A stretch of DNA of 63,551 nucleotides, filler included, from Bigelowiella natans CCMP2755 (taxonomy: Eukaryota > Protista > Cercozoa): the NCBI GenBank assembly GCA_000320545.1. It is 5 parts of 5 records of this genome, joined end to end, with 100 filler letters (N's around TTAATTAATTAA, not from the genome) between each part and the next. Parts side by side here need not be neighbours in the genome. Positions count along the whole stretch, not along the records: positions 40,279 to 55,593 come from ADNK01000192.1; 4 more parts are not named here. One strand, written 5' to 3'. The translations under genes were made by a program, and so were the position numbers. Shown here one piece after another: positions 44,736-55,693 of the stretch. Position 1 is the first letter of the stretch, and each line of letters starts with the position of its first letter. The notes under the pieces were generated by a model. It did no database searches and had not been told where the DNA came from. It saw nothing but the letters and a program-made list of their open reading frames with translations.

Positions 44736-45892
44736 TGCATATACAATACTTCGTGCGTATATTCAATTGCATCGTTTTCCTTCACCTGACCCCTCCTCCG
44801 TAATCCCCCACCCCCCCCCTCTCTCTCCTGCAGAAAAATGACATAGAATATTGCAAAAGCAAAGCGTGCGAACGTACCCATCCCCACGACGTAACCATGA
44901 TGTTTTCGCAAGAAATATCTCCATGAAAAGCACCTAGACCGTGCAGCCGATCCACAGCTCTCTGTTAGCAAGCACATCAGCCATATTTATCGACACAATT
45001 GTCTTCGCTGGGTTTGTGCTTCCACCCGTAACGTTGAGAAGGGAGGGGGTGGCAGGTCAGTAGGTGATTGGAATGGTATATTTATTTAATAGCTTCGTGG
45101 GAGATCAACCAATATTTGAAAGCTGAAGAATAGTTTCTCCTCGGGGATGAGGCGCGGCAAAGATAAAATCCTATCAAATACAAGCCATTCGTGAGCTTCA
45201 CAGTCATTCTGCAGAATAACGCGATTCCAACCCCCCCCCACACCCCTTCTCACTCCCATCATTGTCTTCGGTTTGATGTTTACCGGTCATATAGGCTTCT
45301 CCGGAAAAACTGGCGGGTGAGGTATATTGCATTGGGAGAGTTCCCCACCGGGATCATAGGACATAAGCAAGGCTGCGAATCATTGATGGAAGTATCAAGA
45401 TTTCAGATATATCAGGTCATCATAAGATTTACGGGTGGGGCAGGGTCCGCCATATCGTGGCGTGAAACTTTGTTTGGGATATCAGGTTTTTATGTTTTTG
45501 GGAAGAAGGAGAAATATGCAACGACCTCGTTCCGAAGAAGCTTACTGAGGTGGTCCAACTCTCGCAGCTGTTCTTTTGGGTCAAACAGGGTTGCTCCCCT
45601 TTTGGGCTGTTCCTTCGCCTCTCCCTTAGGAAATATCTAAGAATTGTGATCGAAAGACGTTAGTGAGGCACAAGCGAGCAGGAGGGGGGGAAACGGAGCA
45701 AGTTACTTTAAGGACAACAGGCCTTCCTCTGTCGGATCGGCATAAAAAGGACCGGAGAAGTCTTGAACCGTCTCCGAGTGACCGAATTCGGAAGTACCCT
45801 TCAAGTTCCAAGATGGACCCCGTCTTTGATATCATCTTTTCTTCATAATCCTCCCAGTTCGTCATAACAGGAAGGTGCCCCGCAATTCCCAT
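35819..45892 (-). CDS. VPS15: VPS15/PIK3R4 phosphoinositide-3-kinase regulatory (pseudo)kinase; 3' portion and end uncertain, spans a gap
   Basis: Starts MG (possible myristoylation site). Exons give RSLGDGSRLLRSFLC...VVLKV, IYLTRQFFRRSLYDR, EEKLFFSFQIL, HGDISCENIMVTSWGW, VVICDFASHKP, NDPAEYDSWF, CYIAPERF and ADIFSVGCVLAE, matching the VPS15 kinase-domain motif series. Confidence 0.85.
40179..40278. other. Assembly gap with linker
   Basis: N44-TTAATTAATTAA-N44. Confidence 0.97.
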
Positions 45893-46644
45893 CGGAAAGT
45901 GTGGTAAATATGTAGATTAGGAAGAGGGAAATTGGTGGGAGGGCGGGGCAGAGAACTAGAAGGATCGAAGGAACACGTTTGGTTGGATATCCGAAAGACT
46001 CTCCTCCCTCCCCTACGTCAAGAACGTTCCGGAACGAAGAAGCTTGCCTCACCAGGGATAAGAGCAGGTGATCAGATGATACCTGTAAAATCGATATCGA
46101 AATTCAGCACCCACTTGTACCCTCGTAGATGAACGAACGTTTATAAGAAAGATCGAAGCTCCCACTGTGGGGATTTACCAGGGTGAAGAGAGCACTTGGG
46201 GGTGGGCGTCGCCGGCGTCAGATCATTAATTCTTGTCGCGATTTTGAAATCCAATGCATTTTATTCAAAAATAATACGTCGGCTGGGCTATTTGAAATGA
46301 ATTAGGAGATACGAAAATATATCGACTTAGTTTTATCCCAGAGTGTAATATTGCAAATGGCGAATCCGACATCTACTGATGTCTCTAATCTTAATATTTT
46401 TGTAATTTATAATTTACGTAAAATCACTATCTAAATTGAATTTAACAATCATATACTCTTCTCCAAAGAACTCACCCGCTTGCTGATGATTGTACACAGT
46501 TTATGATTAAAAAATACATCTCTAGTCACCAAATTCAATTAACGCAAGGCTTTTTATAAAATAATCTTTAGTATTTCCGACTATTAAAGCTGCATTTGAT
46601 CTTAAATTTGTACCTTCGCTCCTGCCAGTGTCCTCAAGTAGCGT

Positions 46645-47238
46645 ATGCGACGGTGGCTTACCACCACCATGGCTCAAGCAACTCCTGTGAAGGTTCGATA
46701 TCTGTCTCGCCATACATTGCATGAGATTCGAATGTGAATGAGATTGTAGAGGAATGTACCCCTCTAAGCTTTAGAATGAAGCGTTGATCAATTCCTAGGC
46801 GGCAATTGAGAAAAAACTGGGAGATTTCTTCAAGCCCTCGCATCTCCAAGTCATCAATGAGAGCCATATGCATAATGTCAGTGCTTATTTCATTCAGCTT
46901 CAGCAATAATTGGTAACAATATTTGCATTAACACAAGGATTTCATTGGTTCAGGTTCCGAAGAATTCTGAAACACACTTTAAGGTGAGGAGTTTACCATA
47001 CCCAGCACTTTGCTGCCTCCAATCATAGTTGCTTTTTTTTATTAAGGTTGTGGTGGTCTCCACGAAATTCAACGACGTAAAACATATAGAAAGGCATCGC
47101 ATGGTTAACAAAGTATTGACAGAAGAGCTCGATGGCCCCGTGCACGCTCTTTCGGTGAAAGCTAAGACACCTGCGCAATGGGATAAGAGTCAGAAGATCG
47201 AACCAAGCCCATCGTGCCGGGGTGGAAGTAAGGCCTGA
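46645..47238 (+). CDS. bolA: BolA-family protein (BOLA1-like), 4 exons
   Basis: AIEKKLGDFFKPSHLQVINESHMHN|VPKNSETHFK|VVVVSTKF...RHRMVNKVL...VHALSVKAKTPAQW...SPSCRGG*. Confidence 0.92.
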
Positions 47239-48051
47239 TCAGCTCCAATTCTGAGTCCTAACTTGTGCGATTAGCCTGCTTGCAAGCGTTTGTATATCTA
47301 GAGATACATGGACTGCAGCATACACTCTGCATCGCATCAAGAAGACATCTAGATATGTCTGGCGGAAGCAATATATAAACGTACTGCAATATTGTACACT
47401 GTTGTACCACATCAATCCCTGCGAAGTGTATGTTTTAGCTTCTTTCGTCGTATATTCGGGCTAGCTAGCTAGCGGGAGGTGTCGTAGCGACTTTTTCGAT
47501 GTGTGTGGCAGGATTTTTATGCTTTATTCCGCCACACTCGATAGCCTACAATATAGCCTAGCTAGCGCGATGCGATACGTGTATGCATACGTAGATAGTC
47601 TACACAAGCAAGGTACATGTATTCGTACAGCGCTTCTAATGTCTAGATATATGCTTGTGGCGGTGACATTGCTAGCTAGATTGGCGCAAGAATCGCTCGC
47701 ATGTTCATCACACCATTGATTGATGACACCGTGTGCAATCAAGCACATCTAGACATGTTGCTTGCACATGTTTCTTGCATCCATGAGCAGTATGCCGTAG
47801 ACTGCACAACTTGCACGCCAACAATGTAATGAGATTCAATAAAACACTTCTAAATTGCGTTCTATCTGAAGTAAACGATCATCGCTCGATGGCAAGCGCC
47901 CATTAAACACAGGGAGCCGCAACAAACATCACCATACCAAGCTTTCATCGCAACTAACTAGACAAAGCAGAGTTGGAAGGTCGCGCATTAATTCATTGCC
48001 CGCCCTCGTCGCGTTCTGTCTTTGCTGCTTAGATGTATTCTCTAGTTCTTC

Positions 48052-48467
48052 TTAGCAGTGGTAGATCTTTTGGTTCTTCTCGTCGTACATGAGCTTGTTG
48101 TCCTTGTGGAGCTGTTTGAACAGCGCTCGCGTCTCGGCCTCGGAGAACTTCTCGATCACATTTATTGCATCTGACACCTGAGGGGTCATCATTTGTGTTG
48201 TTAACATTGGCAGCGGGGCAGACAGAGCAATTCACACTGCGGCAGATCTCTTATTGTGGTGATATATGATGCACATAGCCTGCTAATACGTTCTCACGCA
48301 CTGACCTCCTGGCAAGAGAATTCAGAGCCCCGTGTTTGTGCGAAGTAGCTAGAAACCGCTTTCGTGAAAACCTTGAATCTGCAGTAGGCGGAGTGGAGGA
48401 GAGGGGGGAGAAGGAGATTAGACATTCGCAATTCGATCAAGAATGTGATATTGTTTTGCGAGAGTGA

Positions 48468-48505
<38 letters not shown>

Positions 48506-51500
48506 TGCTCTACGAACGTAAAGATCCTTAAGAGGGAAAATCGAATCTCGCTCTAGGAGGGAGAAAGATCGAGGAGGAGGAGGAGGGTGGCGGTGGTATA
48601 TCACACTTTTGCTACTGGGCAGGTCACCTTACATATATGCGTACAGATGTATAATTACCTTTCCTCCGATACACCAGCAGCTGCAAGTGCGGCAGCTAAT
48701 CTCCTCTTCTTTGACGACGTAGCGCCGGATGATGATGATGACGAGGAGGCAGTTGCTTCTTGCTGTCTTGTTCTTTTTGAACGGCGTCGAGTGCTTCGCG
48801 CAGTCTTTGCATCTGCTGCTGCTGCAGCGGTTCCTTTTGCCTCCTCTCCCTTCTCATTTCCGACACTTGATACTTTCTCGTCTGCACCTTCTTCAACGGG
48901 TGTTTTCCGACCTTCTTCCTCTTCTTCCTCCTCCTCCTCCTCCTCCTCCTCCTCCTCCTCTTCTTCCATATCATTTCCATCCTCATCCTCGTCATCGTCA
49001 TCGTCCTCATCATCGTCATTCTCCTCCCTGTCTTCGTCCTCGTCCTCCTCATCGGCCGCCTTTCCGTCATCATGATTAATGGAGAAATTCAGCAGCTCTT
49101 GGGCAACGAGGCAGTCGTTGCGAGTTATCTTCTGTCGCAAGTGGAGCTTGGCGTGCGCGGAGGCGAGACGAATGAGCGTCTCGAGAGATCTCGCCGTCAC
49201 CGGTGCGGTCATCTTGTTATTGGCCTCGTTGAGGCGCAGCTCCGAGTATGCCTTGATCACGAAGTCCTGCGCTTGTTTGGTGAGAACAGGTTGAAAGCGA
49301 GCTTTGGCGAATTGAATGTACTTTTTGAGGAAGGATACGGTGAAGACAGGTTGATCGGCCCTCCCGTCATTCCTCGAAGGCATGTAGACCGAGGATGAGG
49401 AGTCACCTTGCTGGCCGTCCTCCTGCTGCTCGTCGTGCTCCCCAGCACCTGCCTTGTGTCGGTAGCGGTGGTTTTGGAGAACCTTCTCGGCGATGCGCGA
49501 GTCCTCGGAGGGAGAGCACTTGTCCAGCACGATGAAGAGGAGATCGAAACGGGAGATCAGCGAATCGGGGAGGTTCACGTTGTCCTGCGGGGACATGTTG
49601 CGCTGGTACTGGCCGTACTGTGGGTTGGCAGCGGCCAGGACGCTGCAGCGGGCATTGAGCGACATGTGAATGCCAGCCTTGGCGATCGTCACGGTCTGCT
49701 GCTCCATCACTTCGTGGATGGCGACGCGATCCGCCACGCTCATCTTATCGAATTCATCGATGCACACGACGCCCCGGTCGCCGAGCACCATCGCACCGGC
49801 CTCGAGCCTTCGCTCCCCGCTATCTTTGTCCTGCACGACGGCAGCAGTCAAACCGACGCCGGAAGATCCTCGCCCGGTTGTGTTGATGGCCAGCGGCGCG
49901 ATGTTCAGGATGAAGCGCAGCAGCTGGGACTTGGCGGTGGAGGGGTCTCCAACCATCAGAATGTTGATGTCACCGCGAATGTGCGTTCCGTTGGGGAGGT
50001 TCTTTTCCACGCCGCCGAGCAGCTGCAGAAGGAGGGCTTTCTTGATGTAAGCGTGGCCGTAGATCGATGGCGCGACAGATCGAGAGAGCAGCTCGAAGAT
50101 CTCGCTCTTGCGCGCAACGCGGCGGATGTTCTTGATATCATCCTCGTTGAGCTGTGTACCCACACCCGCCTGCTTCCCGACACCTCTGACGTTGTTGGCG
50201 ATGATCAACGACTTGAAGAACCCAGAGTGGCTCTTCGCGGTGTTGGCCATGGCTCGATATACTCCGATAACCTGTACGCGGTCCCCAGGCTTGCAGCGAT
50301 CGACGAGATCGCCCTCAAGGACAACGGTTACAGAGCGAGGCAGTTGGCCTGCGGGCGCCAGCTCCGGCATCTCCTGAATGGTCACGGATTGACTGTCTGT
50401 GTAGTCGGAGAGGCCAAACTCTGTGCGGAGAGGATTTCCCATGTTGTCCTATTGGTCAATTATTTTCGTCGTCATAATGATGATCATCATTGTTATCAAT
50501 ATCATCAATTTCATCACCATCATCATGGCACTTTGTTGTATTGGTGCTATATCACTGCAAAGTGAGTTCCAGAGGTGGAGACAGCACACGCAGTGTGATC
50601 GGAGGCTTTGTCTCTATATCTACATCAAACCGAGCCCTCCCCCTCCCAAACGACCAAGTGGCTTCTCCTCTGTATGTTATCCCCTGACACCCATTACCTG
50701 GTTGGGGTAGATGCTGCTAGTAGGAAAGTTGAAGAGGGAGGTGGGGTCGTGGTAGACCATCGTTTGGAACTCGTTTGTGGCCTCGCAAAAGTGGACTGTT
50801 CGCGACACTTTTGGCCGCACCGACGTGCCTGATAACACCAAATCGTATCACGCATGCAAAACTAAACCGATCACCATCAAAATCGTGTGCGTGGCCCTCT
50901 CCTCCCGCAGTGTAGTAAACACGTGTAATGAGGAGGGGAGTATCACACGGTGTGGATCGTACAGCAGGCACATGTGTCGTAATAATTACATCGTGTTACA
51001 ATGCCCTTGACGCTGACAATGCCGCCTAGATGGCGCGACATTAGCTGCCTGGGAGAAATGCTGCGTCCTCCGAAGCTCCCCTCGAGACCCACGTGCAGTC
51101 TCTGTTTAAAAATATACGTAAAAGATGAATGGTGTGGCGAGAAGTGGCAGGAAAGGTGAAGAAAACGAGCAATGAGAGCCTCATATATCTGCACGTAAAT
51201 ACTGTTCATCATCTCTTTATCCCTGCCTCTCTCCTCCCTTCCACCGACTGACCCTTGGATCAACTTTAGCACTTCCCATTGAACCGACAAATTCGCGGGC
51301 GGCGCGACGCAGAGGTGCGATGTGCTCCATTGGAAACTGCAGAAGACTGTGTTGTTGAGCAAAGAAAAACCAAAAAAATGTGAGTGACGGAATCGATGCT
51401 TCTCTACCATCTGGATAATACTATTTGTTGGAAATTAGTAGTGGACGAGTGCATGTCTAAGATGTTTTCCCCTCTCAGAATCATATTGGTCCCTTGTTTC

Positions 51501-51825
51501 GACGTTATTCATTTCATGTGTAGAGGGAAGCGAATTTGGAGGAATACTTTCGGCACATCTTCTGGTCAAAGTCACGCAGATCGTTGACATTGATAACGAG
51601 GCGGGAAAGGTCGCCCTCTGGAAGCGATTCGACTTTGCCCTTTATTTCAGCGCTCTGAAAATCAGAATGACAGTGATTAGCCAGAATGTCAAATTTGAAT
51701 GCGAGCATGAGCGTGACAGGGCAGATGGTAACCTGCTCGAGATAACGTGTGAAGTCCTCCTTCCGGTCCAAGAAGGACTGGCTCTTCTCGTCAAAGTATG
51801 TAACATCGAATTGATTGTCATCCAT
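48052..51825 (-). CDS. MCM3: DNA replication licensing factor MCM3
   Basis: RLVINVNDLR, VGLEGSFG, GNPLRTEFGLS, IQEMPELAPAGQLPRS, MCM3-type Walker A GDPSTAKSQ, IDEFDKM, SRFDL, TARSLETLIRL, acidic tract, terminal exons ending ...KIYHC*. Confidence 0.96.
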
Positions 51826-51962
51826 CTTGATCGGTGGTCCCCTAAGCTAGAATCAGTTGAGGGAAATGATGGCGGGGGCTGGGAGGGTAGCTGTGTGTTA
51901 TCCGGTCAAGCTCCAAAATGATGAGATTGCTATCTGGTTCAGACGGAATGAAGCTTAGTAAA

Positions 51963-52343
51963 TGGCGGGAAAATTACGAAACTATGTGCATTTATTAGTA
52001 AATTGGAACTCATTATTTGTCGTAATATATTAAACAACTTCGTTTTAATTATGCACGCTCCTTGTTTTCCTCAACAAACAGCTGAGAATTTATGAAAGGT
52101 TTCCTGATTTAGGTGAAGAATGTATGGAAATCTCCCAATACGTCATACAGATTTTATGGAAATATCAATAATTGCCATCGAACATGTTTTTGGCGGGAAG
52201 TGCTCCGGTCGAATGAACGAAAGCAAACGTAGGAGATTCTAGATCGATTTCCAGGTGTGACAAGTGATATCACACAAAAATAGAAAATCTTTTTGGCGCG
52301 AGGACACTCTCAGATTCGCGCGGGAAGTGATGCCCCGCCAAAA
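51963..52343. promoter_or_regulatory. Cluster of E2F-like sites in the MCM3/MRG15 divergent promoter
   Basis: TGGCGGGAAAA (51963), TTTTTGGCGGGAA (52187), TTTTGGCGCG (52291), CGCGGGAA (~52319) and CCCGCCAAAA (~52334) match or approximate the TTTSSCGC-type consensus. Confidence 0.65.
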
Positions 52344-52508
52344 GATCCACGCTGTTCTTGTCGCGCGAGAGTAATTCGATCACATTTGCGAAAGCTGCAT
52401 TCCAGGAGCTCCTCTTATTCCACCGATGAAAATCCTCGTAATTTTTTATCTGCGACAGAGTTTTTTGTGATGCCCCGAAAAGGTGCTGGTGATCAGGAGT
52501 AGACCGCG

Positions 52509-54185
52509 ATGGCAGCTCCACAAGCTGCGGTGTACAAAAAAAACGAGAAGATACTCGCTCTCCATGGCCCTTTACTCTACGAAGCAAAAGTAGCCTTTGA
52601 ACTAAACTTAATTCCAGCTTGAAAAGGGAGCGCAGCAATTTGAAACGGTTTCAAATATCGCTGGCCTGAGCGAAGACACTTCCGAGACTGACTGCTAACC
52701 TCCGTTTAGGTTTTGAAAGTCAGAAATTCTTCTGATGGACCCCAATATTTCGTACACTATAATGGATGGAAGAAGAGGTAAATGAAGAATCCATAACTTC
52801 TGGAAATAAATGAGTCTTTTGGGGTGTACTAATCATGCTCCATGCTCAGATGGGATGAATGGATTCAAAGCGATAGGATGAGACCGTATAACGCGGAGAA
52901 TCTTAAGTTCCAAGAAGAACTCAAAAAGAAAGGTACAATTGCATGAGACTTGAATTGCACGTTGTACATGGAATTTCTACTTTCTGGAGAGCTAAGTTCA
53001 CGATTTGCTTGGTGGATGATCAGCTTCTTCAGAGGAGGTTGCTTCATCTGCCAAAGGTTTTCTGACATGCCACAGCTAACGTCTTAACATTCCGGTCTTA
53101 CCGAATTATTGATGTTTTTCTCCTTGACGAATGTATAAGGACAAAAAGGGACTAAACGAAAACGGGATAATGAGGAAGAAGAAAGTTATCCTGCCGTTGG
53201 AATGAAAGTGAACTTGCCTGGAGAATTGAAGAAGCGCCTGATTGACGACTGGGAAAATGTCAACCGACATAATAGGGTCTTTACTTTACATTAAATTGTA
53301 ACATTTGATAGCTCTTAGGCTTACATTCTGTACGATGACGTAGGTTATGCAAATTCCAGTAAAGCCCTCGGTAAAAGAGATTCTTGAGTATTACAAAGAC
53401 GCCCAGGAAAGCAAGGAAAAGGATTTGACATTGTACGTAAGTTAGTTGCCAATTATCAATTTTCAAATTCTGAACAGCGACATTGAATATCGATGCCTTA
53501 GTTTTGTTAGTCTTCTGCCATGTCGGTAGCGTAAATGACATTTTTTTCGTAAGTGCTGCTAGACAATTGTAGTCGCGTGTATAATCACCCCGCGGTTGGC
53601 TTTATCAGAGCCAAGCTAACGGAAAACATAGTGGATGCGCTCAAGATTTACTTCGAGCATTCTCTGGGAACTCTGCTACTTTATCGTGTGGAGAGGGACG
53701 GATACTTGCAGGAGGTGAAGGAAAAGGGAATAAACCCTATTGAAGTCTATGGTGTCTACCACTTGCTCCGACTTTTCGGTAAGATGAAATCCTCCGGAAA
53801 AATTCTCTTTCTTTCATGGATACGCAACAGTGATGATGATGTATTTCTGGATTGAAATTTGTCTTCCTTTCCCCAAAGTCAGAAGTAACATCGTGCTATG
53901 TCATTATACATCTAGGTCAATATAAATCTAATACGTTCGACATGTGATCTCTTTTTCATTTGTAGTCAAGTTGCCATCTTTAGTGGACAATACAGGGCTG
54001 AGCGAAGAGCAGAAAACCGCCATAGGAAAAGAGATCAGCGGTTTATGTGGGTAAGTTGCTTTCTATCGGATATGATCTGCGTAATCTGTTTTCAGCTTTG
54101 ATTTCATTCATCCAGGTACATCGTGAAGCATAAAACACATCTATTTCGCGGCGAGTATAAGGTTACATCGCGCAAGAATGTTTAA
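52509..54185 (+). CDS. EAF3: MRG15/EAF3 chromo-barrel + MRG domain protein
   Basis: KILALHGPLLYEAK|VL...YFVHYNGWKKR|WDEWI (chromo barrel); LPGELKKRLIDDWE, YFEHSLGTLLLYRVER and VYGVYHLLRLF|VKLP (MRG domain). Confidence 0.93.
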
Positions 54186-54603
54186 CATTGTGAGATGCGC
54201 TTCGATTACATGTACAGTGCATGCGATAGTATATGAGAAAAAGATCAAAAAATTGGCGACACGCATGTCTAATGACGCGACAGCAACATGGCGCAGGTGG
54301 AGGACCAATGACGGTGCATTGCTAGCCACGAGAGATGTGATGCTAAGAGTGACGACCGCTATGTTATGATGTGATGAAGCTCGTGCAAAGTGGAGATGTG
54401 GTTTTGGTGACACAACCGGCAAACGGCAAGCTGTGCTATGCTGCATGTTGAACGCTCACAAGCAAGCAACAAGCACACTCGTGGCTCAGCCAGCAATGCA
54501 TCGACACGCTTCCGTGGTTCATTGTATTTGTTCGTCACATGGCTGACATCCATCAGTGACACTGATCACGATGAACGACACTGTCATGCTTGCTAGCAAT
54601 TCA

Positions 54604-54928
54604 TGTAGCGCGTACTACTACGCGAGCACAAGTCACGTGCGACAACAAAGGGGTTGTCGCGGATATAGAATATAGATAACGTAGATATTAATACAGTATA
54701 GGCACGTGGGTTCCGGCGGGACTCATGGCAGCACACCGGAAGTGTGCTGCCCCACGTGCGGCGGCATTCGCGAAAGCTTCGCGAATGATTACGCAGTGCA
54801 CGATTTAATAAAAATATAATCTTTAATAAAAATGAACATAACTCTTCAAAAGGAAGCAAACGTGCCTTCCCCCCCCCTGCCTACTTGTGCACGTAGCGCC
54901 TCGGCCTGTGAACACCTTACGCGCAACA
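54604..54928 (+). repeat. 5' LTR
   Basis: TGTAG...GCAACA. Matches 58175-58499 at all but 4 positions (54609, 54809, 54834, 54839). Confidence 0.95.
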
Positions 54929-54933
54929 ACCTT

Positions 54934-54956
54934 TGGCTTCCACACACGGGAAACGA
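54934..54956 (+). promoter_or_regulatory. Putative primer-binding site
   Basis: TGGCTTCCACACACGGGAAACGA 5 nt after the 5' LTR. Its reverse complement resembles a tRNA 3' end (TCG...CCC...CCA); the tRNA is not assignable. Confidence 0.55.
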
Positions 54957-54967
54957 TTTGACTAACA

Positions 54968-55593
54968 ATGTTACAGCAGCTAGAAGAACAGCAGGACTTT
55001 GGCTCGCAGGCCGTGCAAGGGCACGAGCAGAAACAGGAAAGGAAGGGCGATACGGACGCTAAGGAAGGAGGAGGAACACCTCCACAGGCACCGCCGGGAC
55101 CAGCACCCGGGATTAAGAAAGCAGATGCAGCAGCAGAGGCACTGGAGAACTTCTACGAGGCGGACGACGAGGACGTGGCCGCCGAAAGCAAGAAGGTCGT
55201 AATGGCATTACGAGCCTTGCGACCCAGGGCGAGCAACTACGCCAAACTGAAAGTATCGATAGAATACAAGTATCAGACACATGATGTTTGGGCAGCTATC
55301 ATGCAGGACATCATGGATTACGAAGCAGACTTACCTCCAGAGTGGGCAGCTTTGTTTAGGAACGACGGGGGTCTGGGCGCCTCGCGGGGGACGACCCAGA
55401 GCACCGTCAAGCAGCAGCAGCCGGTACAGCGGAACACCCAGTTCATGTCTGTTAAAACAGCACCGGTTATGATAACGAAATACAACGGGAAAAGAGGTGA
55501 GGCAAGGAGGTGGTGGAAGAACGCTAGGAGTATACTCTGCGACTTTACCCCTAACCCCACCGAAAACGACAAGCTCAAATGGCTAGCTATAAT
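54968..55593 (+). CDS. gag: Retrotransposon gag (cut by gap)
   Basis: ORF directly after the PBS; ITKYNGKRGEARRWW resembles the gag capsid start motif. Confidence 0.7.
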
Positions 55594-55693
55594 NNNNNNN
55601 NNNNNNNNNNNNNNNNNNNNNNNNNNNNNNNNNNNNNTTAATTAATTAANNNNNNNNNNNNNNNNNNNNNNNNNNNNNNNNNNNNNNNNNNNN
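55594..55693. other. Assembly gap with linker
   Basis: N44-TTAATTAATTAA-N44. Confidence 0.97.

Noticed and set aside
49408-50565. 385-aa antisense ORF over MCM3
   Set aside because: Shadow of the GC-rich codon usage of the sense gene.
54359-54562. CRLC-containing minus-strand ORF as the missing LINE zinc knuckle
   Set aside because: Not contiguous with the LTR junction, no TSD, and Cys/His are inflated by TA loss.
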